Below, piece after piece: positions 40,633 through 50,036 of a stretch of DNA of 60,327 bases. Numbering within the stretch: position 1 is the first letter of the stretch; the number at the start of each line of letters is the position of its first letter. The DNA comes from a virus. Lineage: Duplodnaviria; Caudoviricetes. Location: IMG/VR virus record IMGVR_UViG_3300032053_000079, positions 1 through 60,327 of that record; one strand, written 5' to 3'. The translations under genes were made by a program, and so were the position numbers. Under the pieces are notes generated by a model. That model was not told the origin of the DNA, searched no databases, and was given only the letters and a program-made list of their open reading frames with translations.

Positions 40633-40817
40633 TGGTAGAACAATATGAAGAATTTATAGGATATATGCCAGAAGGTAGTAGTGTAATGGAAAAGATTAGA
40701 GGAACAATTCAAGAAGTTTTAAATAGATTAAGTACATTAAGTATTCATGCTGAACAAGTTAGATTTTACTCAGATGATGGAACAAATGCAGAATGTATGT
40801 TCTGCAGGAGGAAATAA
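40632..40817 (+). CDS. 61-aa protein, paralog of 37182-37361
   Basis: Shares I-x-GTIQEVLN-x-LS...Y-x-D-x-GT-x-A...CR. Confidence 0.75.
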   Translation: MVEQYEEFIGYMPEGSSVMEKIRGTIQEVLNRLSTLSIHAEQVRFYSDDGTNAECMFCRRK

Positions 40818-42565
40818 TGGATAAATTAAAAATAGGTATGATTATAGTAAGTGTCTTTTTATTTGTGTCTTTAGTCACTGCAATAGAATTTATTCCTCAA
40901 GGAAATGCTAATTTTAAAAATATTTTTAACATTACCAATGTTCCTTTTATTAATTCAATCAATTTTACGGCTTTTTATAACTCTTTTATTTCAAGTAATT
41001 CTACTCTTAATTCTAAGATAGATACAGTTAATTCTACATTAAATACAAAGATTAATAATGTAAATTCTACTTTGCAAACTAATATAGATACTGCAAATTC
41101 TCGTATTACTTCTGTTAATAGTTCACTTAATTCTATAAATACAACTCTTGATACTAAAATAAATAATGTAAATCTAACTTTAGATAATAAAATTAATGCA
41201 AATAATTTATCTACTTATAACTGGGTAGATACTATTTTCTTGAAAATTGCTGATATGTTTACTAAAGCAAATATTGTTTCAATGATTTCAGGCAATAGAA
41301 CCGAGTCAGAATCAAACACTAATTCTGTTATTTCTGGTAATGCTTCTTCTTTAAGAACTGACATAAATAATAATTATACTCAATCTATTTCTGTTTCTTC
41401 TGGTATGATTAGTGGAAATAGAACTGAAATCGAGACCAATACAAATAATGCAATTACTGGTAATGCTAGTTCTTTAAGAACAGATATAAACAACAATATT
41501 ACTCAAGTAAATACAAATATACAAAATAACTGGACAGATTTAGAAACAAGAAAAATTAATGTATCAAACGAAGGAAATTTGAATGTTAATAAAAGTAATT
41601 ATTGGGATAATATGAATACAATTAATTCTACTCAAATAGAGAATAATGGTGGAATTTTGAATATTTTAGAATCTTGGCTTACTACATTCATTAACTCTTT
41701 TGGTTTTATAACAACTTGGCTAATTCCAGATACAACAAATGGTTATCTGTTTAATGATTCAACTAAGATTTATTTTAATGATACTAAATTAGCAACAATT
41801 TATTACAATGCAACTCAAAGTTTAGCTATAGTTGGAACAATAGACGGAGGAACATTATCAGATACTCAACATCAAGATGGAAAATATGATGGAAATACAT
41901 TTAATTTTTCAGAAGTTTCTGCAACACCTGGATTAGATTTAAGAATTAACTTTACTGGAATAGATAGTTTTAATCAAGGGGTAATGAGATATAAAACAGC
42001 AAGTGGATTATCTGGTGCTTATCCAATTATTCAAATGTGGAATTATAATACAGGTGCTTGGGAAGATTATCCGCCAGTAGCTCAAAGTTTAAATTTTGCT
42101 ACAATTACTCAGCCAGTTTTTGATAGTTCAGACCATGTAAGTGGTGGAGTAGCACAAATGAGAATATACAAAGCTACAAAAGGGAATACTGGAAATAAAT
42201 ATTATATTGATTGGATTGCAATATCTAAAGGATTTGGAACTCCAAGTGGAGAAGAGGTAGACCCTTATTCTTATCATAAAGATGAAAACATAAATGCAAT
42301 AGGATATAATATTACTACTGATTATTTAAAAGGAAATATGGATTGGACTAATCTTACTAATTATCCAGTTAGTTGTCCAGATGGAACATATTTAACTCAA
42401 TTAGATGATTCAGTTACTTGTACTACTGTTCATGGAAATATAACAGTTTCTTATCTAAATGTAACAAGTAATATTACTATGGTAAATAATGGAACTATTT
42501 GTTTAGATTCTCTTTGTAATCACTTTATTTATGAAAATTCAACTGGTGCTGTTATTATAGAATGA
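40817..42565 (+). CDS. Secreted coiled-coil stalk glycoprotein
   Basis: Signal peptide from ATG 40817; NST-rich heptads; two copies of MISGNRTE...GNASSLRTDINNN. Confidence 0.75.
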   Translation: MDKLKIGMIIVSVFLFVSLVTAIEFIPQGNANFKNIFNITNVPFINSINFTAFYNSFISSNSTLNSKIDTVNSTLNTKINNVNSTLQTNIDTANSRITSVNSSLNSINTTLDTKINNVNLTLDNKINANNLSTYNWVDTIFLKIADMFTKANIVSMISGNRTESESNTNSVISGNASSLRTDINNNYTQSISVSSGMISGNRTEIETNTNNAITGNASSLRTDINNNITQVNTNIQNNWTDLETRKINVSNEGNLNVNKSNYWDNMNTINSTQIENNGGILNILESWLTTFINSFGFITTWLIPDTTNGYLFNDSTKIYFNDTKLATIYYNATQSLAIVGTIDGGTLSDTQHQDGKYDGNTFNFSEVSATPGLDLRINFTGIDSFNQGVMRYKTASGLSGAYPIIQMWNYNTGAWEDYPPVAQSLNFATITQPVFDSSDHVSGGVAQMRIYKATKGNTGNKYYIDWIAISKGFGTPSGEEVDPYSYHKDENINAIGYNITTDYLKGNMDWTNLTNYPVSCPDGTYLTQLDDSVTCTTVHGNITVSYLNVTSNITMVNNGTICLDSLCNHFIYENSTGAVIIE

Positions 42566-42568
42566 AAT

Positions 42569-42721
42569 ATGAAATACTTAAAAAAACAAATATTAATATT
42601 ATTTATCTTTTTCCTATCATTGCTTATTAGTCTTGGATTTGTTAGTGTTGTTGAATGTGGTAATATTCCTACAAATGGTTGTATTGTTTCTAGTTCGCTT
42701 TTAGGAGGGTATTATGAATAA
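42569..42721 (+). pseudogene. Signal peptide plus short Cys motif, probable truncated adhesin 5' end
   Basis: MKYLKKQILILFIFFLSLLISLGFVSVVECGNIPTNGCIVSS..., ending over the next start codon. Confidence 0.45.
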
Positions 42722-45700
42722 ATTATATTTTATGCTTGTTATAATGGGAATTATGTTGCTTAGTTTAGCAATGGTTAGTGCAGGAACAGCTATCGACGCT
42801 ATTAAAACTTTTGATTCTGTAGTTCCAAAAATATTAAATGCAACACAATTTAATTCTTCTCAAAATTGGTTTGGTGGAGTTGGATCTAACAATACTTTAA
42901 GGCAAACTTATGATATGAGCAATAATATAGCTTGGGGTTTGATGTGGAGATACAATCACAATCTTACAACAGAACTAGGTTATCCTGATCCCTATTATAA
43001 TAATTTAACAATTAAAAGATATGCTCTATCGATGGGAAAATACCTCGCTGATGTTTATGATCTTAACGACAGTTATCCTTATTCATGGAATGAAGGTTTT
43101 GTTATTAATGCTTTTATTCTCGCTGATTATGCTAATTTTTATCAGGAAGCAAATTCATCAATTCCAAATTTAACAATAGCAGGAGATATAGATTCAACAT
43201 GGACTAATTCAAGTTCAAATCATGTTTATTATGCTAATCCTGAAAGATGGGTAAATCAAACTTCATCAGGTGTAGGTTGGATTGCAGGTAATTCATCAAC
43301 AATATCTTCTCATTTTGTAATTCAAGGACAGCAAGGAAATAATTATTTTGATCTTGATAATAATTCTCTTTTAGATATGGATTTGAGTGTTTGTGTTACT
43401 TATAATGATTCTCATGGCGGAGTTACACCTGCAAAACTTCAAGCTCTAAAACTTGATGGAACAACTTATTATGATGTTATTCTGTTTGCTGACGCTAATA
43501 ATTCACAGATAAAAACTACTTGCGGAACATTCAATCATACAATTACTAAAATGACAAATCATGGAACTACTGATGAGAGAATAACTACTCGATGGACTGG
43601 AAATTTAAATTATGATACACGCAATACAATTTATATTTATAATGCAAGTATTTCAACTCCTGCAACACAGAATTATCCTCGTGGAGCCGACTATCAACTT
43701 GATATGAAACAATATGCTTTAAGAGTTATGAATACATCAGGATCTAATTTTATTGCATTATGGGACGCTGATACTAATTACTGGATAGCAAATCAAAAAT
43801 CAGCAGCTCTTGCTGCTTTAATGTCATGGAATAAAATATTTAAAGACGCATATCAATTCAACGTAACAACTTTTGATAATTCTTCTCTTAATGGAATGTA
43901 TAATGTCACAGCTTATGTAGAAACAGAATATAACACATGGATTATTCACCCTGACGGAATTCCTAAAGAATGGAATGAAGAAATGACTAATAGATTATTT
44001 GGTGGTTACGATTCTAATTATCTTGTAGCTTCAACTGCATACTGGTCTTTGATTCATAATTATTCTTCAAATTCAACATTCAAAGCACAAATATGCTCTG
44101 ATTTAAACAGAACTATGAATAATTTTCAATACTTAATTCTTCCAACTCAAGCTAGTGGATTTCAACAAATAGGATTAGGATCAAGAGTTACTGACGGACA
44201 AAACACATTAATTGGAACTTATAATTCTACATCAGGCAATTTCACATCAGAAGTTCTGCCTTATGGATTATTTTCAATAGTCTATGCTGCAAAATGTGGA
44301 TCAGGATCTCAAAAGCTTAATTATTTCTTAAATAATAATTGGAGTGCAATAGATGATTCTTGGCACAGCGTCGGATATGCAGGACAGACTGAAGGTTGGC
44401 TTATTCATGCTTATAAATTTTGGGATTCTCAAAATGTTAGCTCTGCACCTATGCCTAATCAAGATGGAGTTTCACATTTATTAAACTTGAATAATACAGG
44501 ACTGACTTTTGTAGAGAGAGGAAAATATCTTGCATGGATTTCATACGGTGGAGCTTCACCTTCAGGCGGAATAATATCAGACATACTTAATAAAAATACT
44601 TGGACACATCTATTTTCAGGGAGATCTGTCAATAAAGTAGGTTATGGAATTGGAAAATTAATCAATAATGAAGATCTTATAATTAATGAAACATTTTTCA
44701 CACAATTTGGTGATAAAGAAGCAGATATTGATTCAGCAACTGTTTATCATGCTTATGTTGCCCTAGAAGAAAGATGGATTAATGGATCTAATTTTGAAGA
44801 ACCAAACACAACAAATTCATATATGTATTTAGTTTTTGATAATGCTAATATTTGGGACGCTGATTCAAACAATCAAAGTGATTATGATTTTAATGTAACT
44901 ATCGTCTATAATGATACTTCAAAAGTCCAACAATTAGATATTCTCTATGCAAATGATACTGATTCAACAGGATATTATAGAAATATATCCGCTTTTGCAA
45001 ACCTGAATGATTCACAGATAAAAACAGTTTCTTTTATCTTAAATACCTCTTATAATTTATCTTTCAAAGAACATGGAGCAGGATTAGGATTTAGAAGATA
45101 TGACATGAGATTTGGTGGTGGCGGAGTTGATGGAGATCACTTTATTCAAATTTATAATCTTTCAGTTTCTATGATAGGAAATTCAACTTTATACAAAGAT
45201 ACAGGAGCAACAGAACCTGATTATAATAATGTTTTTGCAGGAGTTACAACAACATCAGAAATTCTTTCAGACACTTATCCATATAAAATAAGATATTCAG
45301 GAAATTTCACAAAAGACACTTCTTCAGGAAATGGAAATAACAATAAAATCCACATATCCGACGACACTTTCATAACAGAATATACTTTCTATGATAATTA
45401 CATAGAGGTTAATCAAACAACTAGTATACCTTCTTTATTAGAATTGTACCCAATATCAATAGCAACAATAGGAACGGATCAGATTAAAGGTGTAGAAGCA
45501 AGAGGAAGTAATAAACTTGATGGTAGTACAATAATTCCTCTTAACTTTATAATGGATTATTCAGATGGCTATAATAATGCATCTTGGGGAATGGTAGATA
45601 AATTTAACTCGTCTGGAAATAGTTATAATTATATTATACAAACAAGTGATACGGGGGGTTTTTTAGAAGTTTTTGGAGATAGTTTTCTTATTAATAATAC

Positions 45701-46316
45701 TGAAGGTTTAGATAATAAAAATGTACCAATTTTTAATCTCACCTCAGCACTCCTAACCAACGGAACATCTTTATGTAATGGTTCAACAGGACTAATGACA
45801 GGAAATGTAAATATAACTTTAAATCCTAATGAATTTTGTTATGTCTTAGATAATTTTAATTTAACCGAAGGAATAAATAGACAATATAGCCCAATCTGGT
45901 TTAGTTCAAGTTCAAGTACAAGTAGAATTATTTCAAATAATCTAACAAATGCAGTAACTATAACAACTTATATTAATCATTCATTACCTAATAGAATATA
46001 TACATATAATGAAAGTCTTATAGAATATCATTCTTTTGGAAATGAGAGTTTTAATAATGATTCAGGACTTATTGAAATAAATTTAACTATTTATCCAGGA
46101 AACAATACTATCAATTTTGACTGTATTGAACCTTTTAATAACATAAATATCTTAGAAAATCTGTCTACTTGTGTAAATAAGTCTTACTCAATCACAAATT
46201 TATATATTTCAAATAACTCAATTTTTACAATAAATGAGGCAAATTTGACAGTGGATAGAATAGAAAAAATATCTGGAAAACTGATTAAAAATACTGGTAG
46301 GTTAATAATCATATAG
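42714..46316 (+). CDS. Large secreted glycoprotein, possibly carbohydrate-active
   Basis: Signal peptide ending VSA; many sequons; internal repeat (ERW(V/I)N...N(N/D)SQIKT). Confidence 0.7.
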   Translation: MNKLYFMLVIMGIMLLSLAMVSAGTAIDAIKTFDSVVPKILNATQFNSSQNWFGGVGSNNTLRQTYDMSNNIAWGLMWRYNHNLTTELGYPDPYYNNLTIKRYALSMGKYLADVYDLNDSYPYSWNEGFVINAFILADYANFYQEANSSIPNLTIAGDIDSTWTNSSSNHVYYANPERWVNQTSSGVGWIAGNSSTISSHFVIQGQQGNNYFDLDNNSLLDMDLSVCVTYNDSHGGVTPAKLQALKLDGTTYYDVILFADANNSQIKTTCGTFNHTITKMTNHGTTDERITTRWTGNLNYDTRNTIYIYNASISTPATQNYPRGADYQLDMKQYALRVMNTSGSNFIALWDADTNYWIANQKSAALAALMSWNKIFKDAYQFNVTTFDNSSLNGMYNVTAYVETEYNTWIIHPDGIPKEWNEEMTNRLFGGYDSNYLVASTAYWSLIHNYSSNSTFKAQICSDLNRTMNNFQYLILPTQASGFQQIGLGSRVTDGQNTLIGTYNSTSGNFTSEVLPYGLFSIVYAAKCGSGSQKLNYFLNNNWSAIDDSWHSVGYAGQTEGWLIHAYKFWDSQNVSSAPMPNQDGVSHLLNLNNTGLTFVERGKYLAWISYGGASPSGGIISDILNKNTWTHLFSGRSVNKVGYGIGKLINNEDLIINETFFTQFGDKEADIDSATVYHAYVALEERWINGSNFEEPNTTNSYMYLVFDNANIWDADSNNQSDYDFNVTIVYNDTSKVQQLDILYANDTDSTGYYRNISAFANLNDSQIKTVSFILNTSYNLSFKEHGAGLGFRRYDMRFGGGGVDGDHFIQIYNLSVSMIGNSTLYKDTGATEPDYNNVFAGVTTTSEILSDTYPYKIRYSGNFTKDTSSGNGNNNKIHISDDTFITEYTFYDNYIEVNQTTSIPSLLELYPISIATIGTDQIKGVEARGSNKLDGSTIIPLNFIMDYSDGYNNASWGMVDKFNSSGNSYNYIIQTSDTGGFLEVFGDSFLINNTEGLDNKNVPIFNLTSALLTNGTSLCNGSTGLMTGNVNITLNPNEFCYVLDNFNLTEGINRQYSPIWFSSSSSTSRIISNNLTNAVTITTYINHSLPNRIYTYNESLIEYHSFGNESFNNDSGLIEINLTIYPGNNTINFDCIEPFNNINILENLSTCVNKSYSITNLYISNNSIFTINEANLTVDRIEKISGKLIKNTGRLIII

Positions 46317-46350
46317 AAAAATATATAAAATAGATTAAACTATAAATACT

Positions 46351-46701
46351 ATGGAAAACAAGAATTGGATTGGAATTAGTGTAGTTTCTTTATTGGTAAT
46401 ACTTTCTTCTATTGGTTATGTTATTACAGACCATACATTTTATTGTCAAGAGAAAGGAATTGTTATAGAATGTTTAAGATTTTCAAGTTCTGGATTGAGG
46501 TGTTATCCAAGTTTAACAAGTAATACTGGTTATAAAGATTGTAATGATTGGACTAAACTAAAAACCGAAGATATAAATAAATTACTTAAAACAGAACCGA
46601 TTATAGAACCAGAACCAATTCCGACTTATTCAGGAAATGCAAGGCAATATTGCTGTGGAAAATCTTGTATTAAATTTAATGGTAACACTGATTGTGAATA
46701 G
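46351..46701 (+). CDS. Small membrane-anchored Cys-rich protein, paralog of the N-terminus of 11239-15984
   Basis: CQEKGIV(I/M)ECLRFSSSG(L/N)RCYP shared by both. Confidence 0.8.
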   Translation: MENKNWIGISVVSLLVILSSIGYVITDHTFYCQEKGIVIECLRFSSSGLRCYPSLTSNTGYKDCNDWTKLKTEDINKLLKTEPIIEPEPIPTYSGNARQYCCGKSCIKFNGNTDCE

Positions 46702-46713
46702 GGGGTAAATAAA

Positions 46714-47619
46714 ATAGGACTACAAACTGCAAATTTTAGAGGAACGAATTGTTCGGGAGTAGATGGTACTAGTAATAGAACTCTAACATTAGCAAATACA
46801 TTAGAAACTGATGATGATAGTTTTTTAGTAGTAGTAAATGGACTTGTTTTAATTCCAACTGCCGATTTTACAGTAGACCATAATGCTTCTGCTTCTGTTA
46901 TTACTTTTTTAAATCCTCTTTTTAATGACCAATATATTTTAGTTCAGTATGGAGAAGGATTTGTTCAAACTACTTCTGGTTATTGTTCTGGTGATGATGT
47001 AAGAGTAATGACAAATATAACTACAACTGATGTTTCTAGTGCAGATATGACTAATCTTATCGCACAAAGTACGATTCAAGTAAACCAAGATATAAATGTA
47101 ACAGTTCATAGAGAATTTGTTAGTTATATAGACCAGACTAGGAATAATTACATAAACGGTACAAATACAGAATTTTATGTAAGAAACTGGAATGGTTATC
47201 ACTTAGCCGATTCAAATAATGATGGTTCGGTTACCACTTCAGATGTAATATTTTATCAAGTAACAAGTGCAGGTGTAGAAACACAATTAACAGTAAGTAG
47301 TATAGATGATGAAAATTGTAAAATAACTTTAAGTTCTGCACCAAGTCCAGGAAATAGGTACTATATAGATTATGCTTATTCAGTAGTTGAAGAAGATACT
47401 CCAGACCCTAGAGTAAAATTAGCTACTATTTTTCTAACTGCTGCTTATTGTTATGCTAAATTAAATATCGGTTGTGCTCCTAATGTTTCGTTTGGTTCTG
47501 TTAGAGTTACAAAAGATATGGATTCTTTTAATCATTATTATCAAAGATACTTAGATGTTATCAGTCAAATTAACTCTTTGGAGGAAGTTCACTCTAAATT
47601 GAGTGATAATACTTTCTAA
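46714..47619 (+). CDS. Head-tail adaptor-like protein; probable ATA start
   Basis: Frame is open 98 codons upstream of ATG 47008; GGGGGT SD before ATA 46714; YCSGDDVR and VKLATIFLTAAY adaptor-like motifs. Confidence 0.6.
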   Translation: MGLQTANFRGTNCSGVDGTSNRTLTLANTLETDDDSFLVVVNGLVLIPTADFTVDHNASASVITFLNPLFNDQYILVQYGEGFVQTTSGYCSGDDVRVMTNITTTDVSSADMTNLIAQSTIQVNQDINVTVHREFVSYIDQTRNNYINGTNTEFYVRNWNGYHLADSNNDGSVTTSDVIFYQVTSAGVETQLTVSSIDDENCKITLSSAPSPGNRYYIDYAYSVVEEDTPDPRVKLATIFLTAAYCYAKLNIGCAPNVSFGSVRVTKDMDSFNHYYQRYLDVISQINSLEEVHSKLSDNTF

Positions 47620-48263
47620 TGAAAGTTTTTGTTGCTTTACCTGTTTTTAATTTGATAAATCCGAAAGTCAAAGACAATCAAAATGGATTTTTACATTCTA
47701 AACATACTGTTCTCTTTAATCAAGTAGTGGGTGCTAGTCCAGAACATGCAAGGTCAATTATGATTAATAAGTTCTTACAGACAGATTGTGAATACTATTT
47801 TACAATAGATACAGATATTTATTATCTAGGAGACTATTTAGATGTTATAGATAGACTAATTTCTTTAGATAAAGATATAGTAGGTGGACTTTATGTATAT
47901 AAAAAATCTCCTTGTTTGCCAGTTTTTAGACCAATTGATTTACAAGAAATATACGAACGAGATGGTAAATTTCCTGATAAATATGACTGGATAATACCAA
48001 ATGATGTCTTTGAGGTAAAATGGCTTGGAAACGGCTTTAAAATGGTTAAAAGAGAGGTTATAGAACGAATTAGAGAGAAGATTATATGTCCTAACTTACC
48101 TATGATTCATAAAGGAGAATACATTAGTGAGGATTATGCAATGGACTTCCGTGCAAGAGAATTAGGATATAAAATATTTGTTGATCCTACTATTAAACTC
48201 GGACATGAAGGATTACACATTTTTACTAGAGAAGATTTTATAAATAATGATAATCTTATTTAA
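47619..48263 (+). CDS. Glycosyltransferase (GT-A fold)
   Basis: IDTD (DxD), GNGFKMV, SEDY and VDPTIKLGH. Confidence 0.85.
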   Translation: MKVFVALPVFNLINPKVKDNQNGFLHSKHTVLFNQVVGASPEHARSIMINKFLQTDCEYYFTIDTDIYYLGDYLDVIDRLISLDKDIVGGLYVYKKSPCLPVFRPIDLQEIYERDGKFPDKYDWIIPNDVFEVKWLGNGFKMVKREVIERIREKIICPNLPMIHKGEYISEDYAMDFRARELGYKIFVDPTIKLGHEGLHIFTREDFINNDNLI

Positions 48264-48265
48264 CT

Positions 48266-48619
48266 ATGGCAAAAATATGTTTACCAATTTTTTCAAAGGA
48301 AATAGATGGACTTTCTGAAACAGTAACTGTTAGAAGTGTTACAAAAACATATTCAGATTATGGAGATGCTACTGAAACAAATTCAGACGAGACAGGAGTA
48401 AAAGCAGTAGTAAATGATTTAAGTCCTGAAGAAGTAAAAGACAAAGAAGGTATTATGTTAGGATTCGATAAAAGATTTTTCTTTAAAGGAACTCAAACAG
48501 GACTTTCTAATGGCAATAAAGTAATTTATGATTCAAAAACTTATGAAATAGTTAAAGTAAATAAAAGTTCAGTTGGTGGAACTACATATGTAATAGAAGT
48601 CTATGGTAAAATAGTATAG
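48266..48619 (+). CDS. Head-closure (stopper)-like protein
   Basis: 117-aa beta-rich protein; YSDYGD, KVIYDSKTYEI; position in the neck module. Confidence 0.65.
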   Translation: MAKICLPIFSKEIDGLSETVTVRSVTKTYSDYGDATETNSDETGVKAVVNDLSPEEVKDKEGIMLGFDKRFFFKGTQTGLSNGNKVIYDSKTYEIVKVNKSSVGGTTYVIEVYGKIV

Positions 48620-48626
48620 AGGTAAT

Positions 48627-48821
48627 ATGAGTAAAACAAAAGTCAAATTTGGTCGTAGGATAAATATTTATATTTCAATTGATACAATTGGAATGTTAGA
48701 TACACTTACTGGCAATCGTTCAAGATTCTTAGAGGATTTTATTATAGATTCTTATAGAAAAAAGACAAAAAGAATTGAGAAAAATCTAAAAAAGAAAGGT
48801 TTATTAAGGACTAATTCTTAG
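48627..48821 (+). CDS. Ribbon-helix-helix protein
   Basis: RINIYISID...NRSRFLE. Confidence 0.65.
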   Translation: MSKTKVKFGRRINIYISIDTIGMLDTLTGNRSRFLEDFIIDSYRKKTKRIEKNLKKKGLLRTNS

Positions 48822-48923
48822 AAATATTGGACTGGCTTTCTTTGTAATCCCAATAGCAGTCCATTTTTTATGATATACCAAATAACGACCAGCTATTATA
48901 ATTGAGTAAATATCTTCTTACTT

Positions 48924-48996
48924 GCTAGTATGGTGTTCAATGGTAGCATAATTCTTTTGTAATGAGTGGGTTCCAGTCCAATTCTGGATACCAACT
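48924..48996 (+). tRNA. tRNA-Thr(TGT), degenerate/possible pseudo-tRNA
   Basis: T arm TCCAG/CTGGA; anticodon loop TT-TGT-AA; two acceptor-stem mismatches; T loop TCCAATT. Confidence 0.55.
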
Positions 48997-48999
48997 TAT

Positions 49000-49071
49000 G
49001 TTCCTGAAGTCTAAGTGGTTTGATGTCTGACTGTTAATCAGAAGGACTTGGTTCGACTCCAAGCAGGAACG
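49000..49071 (+). tRNA. trnN: tRNA-Asn(GTT)
   Basis: Acceptor GTTCCTG/CAGGAAC, anticodon arm TCTGA-CTGTTAA-TCAGA, T arm CTTGG-TTCGACT-CCAAG; no CCA; followed by T7. Confidence 0.92.
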
Positions 49072-49169
49072 TTTTTTTAATTTGGAAAGATTTATAAATA
49101 ACATTCTTCTAATTTATTTAGGATTACAAGAATAAAATATGGAATATAAATTACTATCAACTAAAAAAG

Positions 49170-49620
49170 AGTCAGAACAGTTAAGCACTGTGTCTCTTAG
49201 GAGGTTTCTAATTAATTATTTAGTAATTGAACTGTTCTGAGGTTTGGTGTTCAGTAGGGCAAATAGTTTAGAGAACTTAAAGAAGTGACACTATGACGCA
49301 TAAACATTTATCTTGAACCTAGGGGAATTAGTACTTTACCCTGAAAATAAAGCGAGTAACATGACACAGATAAGAATAATTAATTACTGGCAGACTATGA
49401 GTAACACACTGATAAAGACTATAACTCTGGATAAACTAACTGGGTAATACTCTTAACCGATAGGTTTATAAATGATTAGTTGTCATGCCGTTGAGACTCA
49501 CCTATGATTATGGCAGATAGGAGAAGACATTACTTATAAGTCTGATAAATAATAAAATAAAAAATCAAAAAATTAAGTATAGTCTATATGTCTTAAATAA
49601 AAAAAGTTCCATAGGAAATG
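49170..49620 (+). ncRNA. Candidate large structured RNA downstream of the tRNAs
   Basis: About 450 nt without a long ORF; own BRE/TATA at 49085; 11-bp stem 49172-49182/49230-49240 and several long-range complements. Confidence 0.55.
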
Positions 49621-49628
49621 ATTGTGTT

Positions 49629-49937
49629 ATGGTAAAAAAATGTCTATGTTGTCAAAGTATTGTAGAAGAATTAATAGATAGAAAATGTAAATATTGTCTT
49701 AATAGTTTTATCTGCCAATCTTGTGGCAAACTTACATTAAACACTGAAGAATCAAAACATCCATTGAATTGCAACTCTTGTTCTAGTAAAATAGATTTTA
49801 ATAATCGTTTAGGAAAAGAATGTCTTTTTAATCGTTATTTATATAGTGGTGGAAAAGAGATAATAGAAAGAGATACAAATAGACTAGTTCAAGTCATTAA
49901 AAAAGGAAATAGAGAAGAAATTACTACATTCAAATAA
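49629..49937 (+). CDS. Multi-CxxC zinc-finger protein
   Basis: Four CxxC pairs. Confidence 0.65.
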   Translation: MVKKCLCCQSIVEELIDRKCKYCLNSFICQSCGKLTLNTEESKHPLNCNSCSSKIDFNNRLGKECLFNRYLYSGGKEIIERDTNRLVQVIKKGNREEITTFK

Positions 49938-50036
49938 GTTGTGTAAATTATAAATAAACATAAAAGTTTATATACTTCTATCCTTTTTTAATTCTGTAAT
50001 CCTGTGGATTATAAATAAATTGCTGTGCAATAAAAA

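Noticed and set aside
48924-49071. tRNA as prophage attachment site
   Set aside because: No integrase and no duplicated tRNA 3' end in the window.
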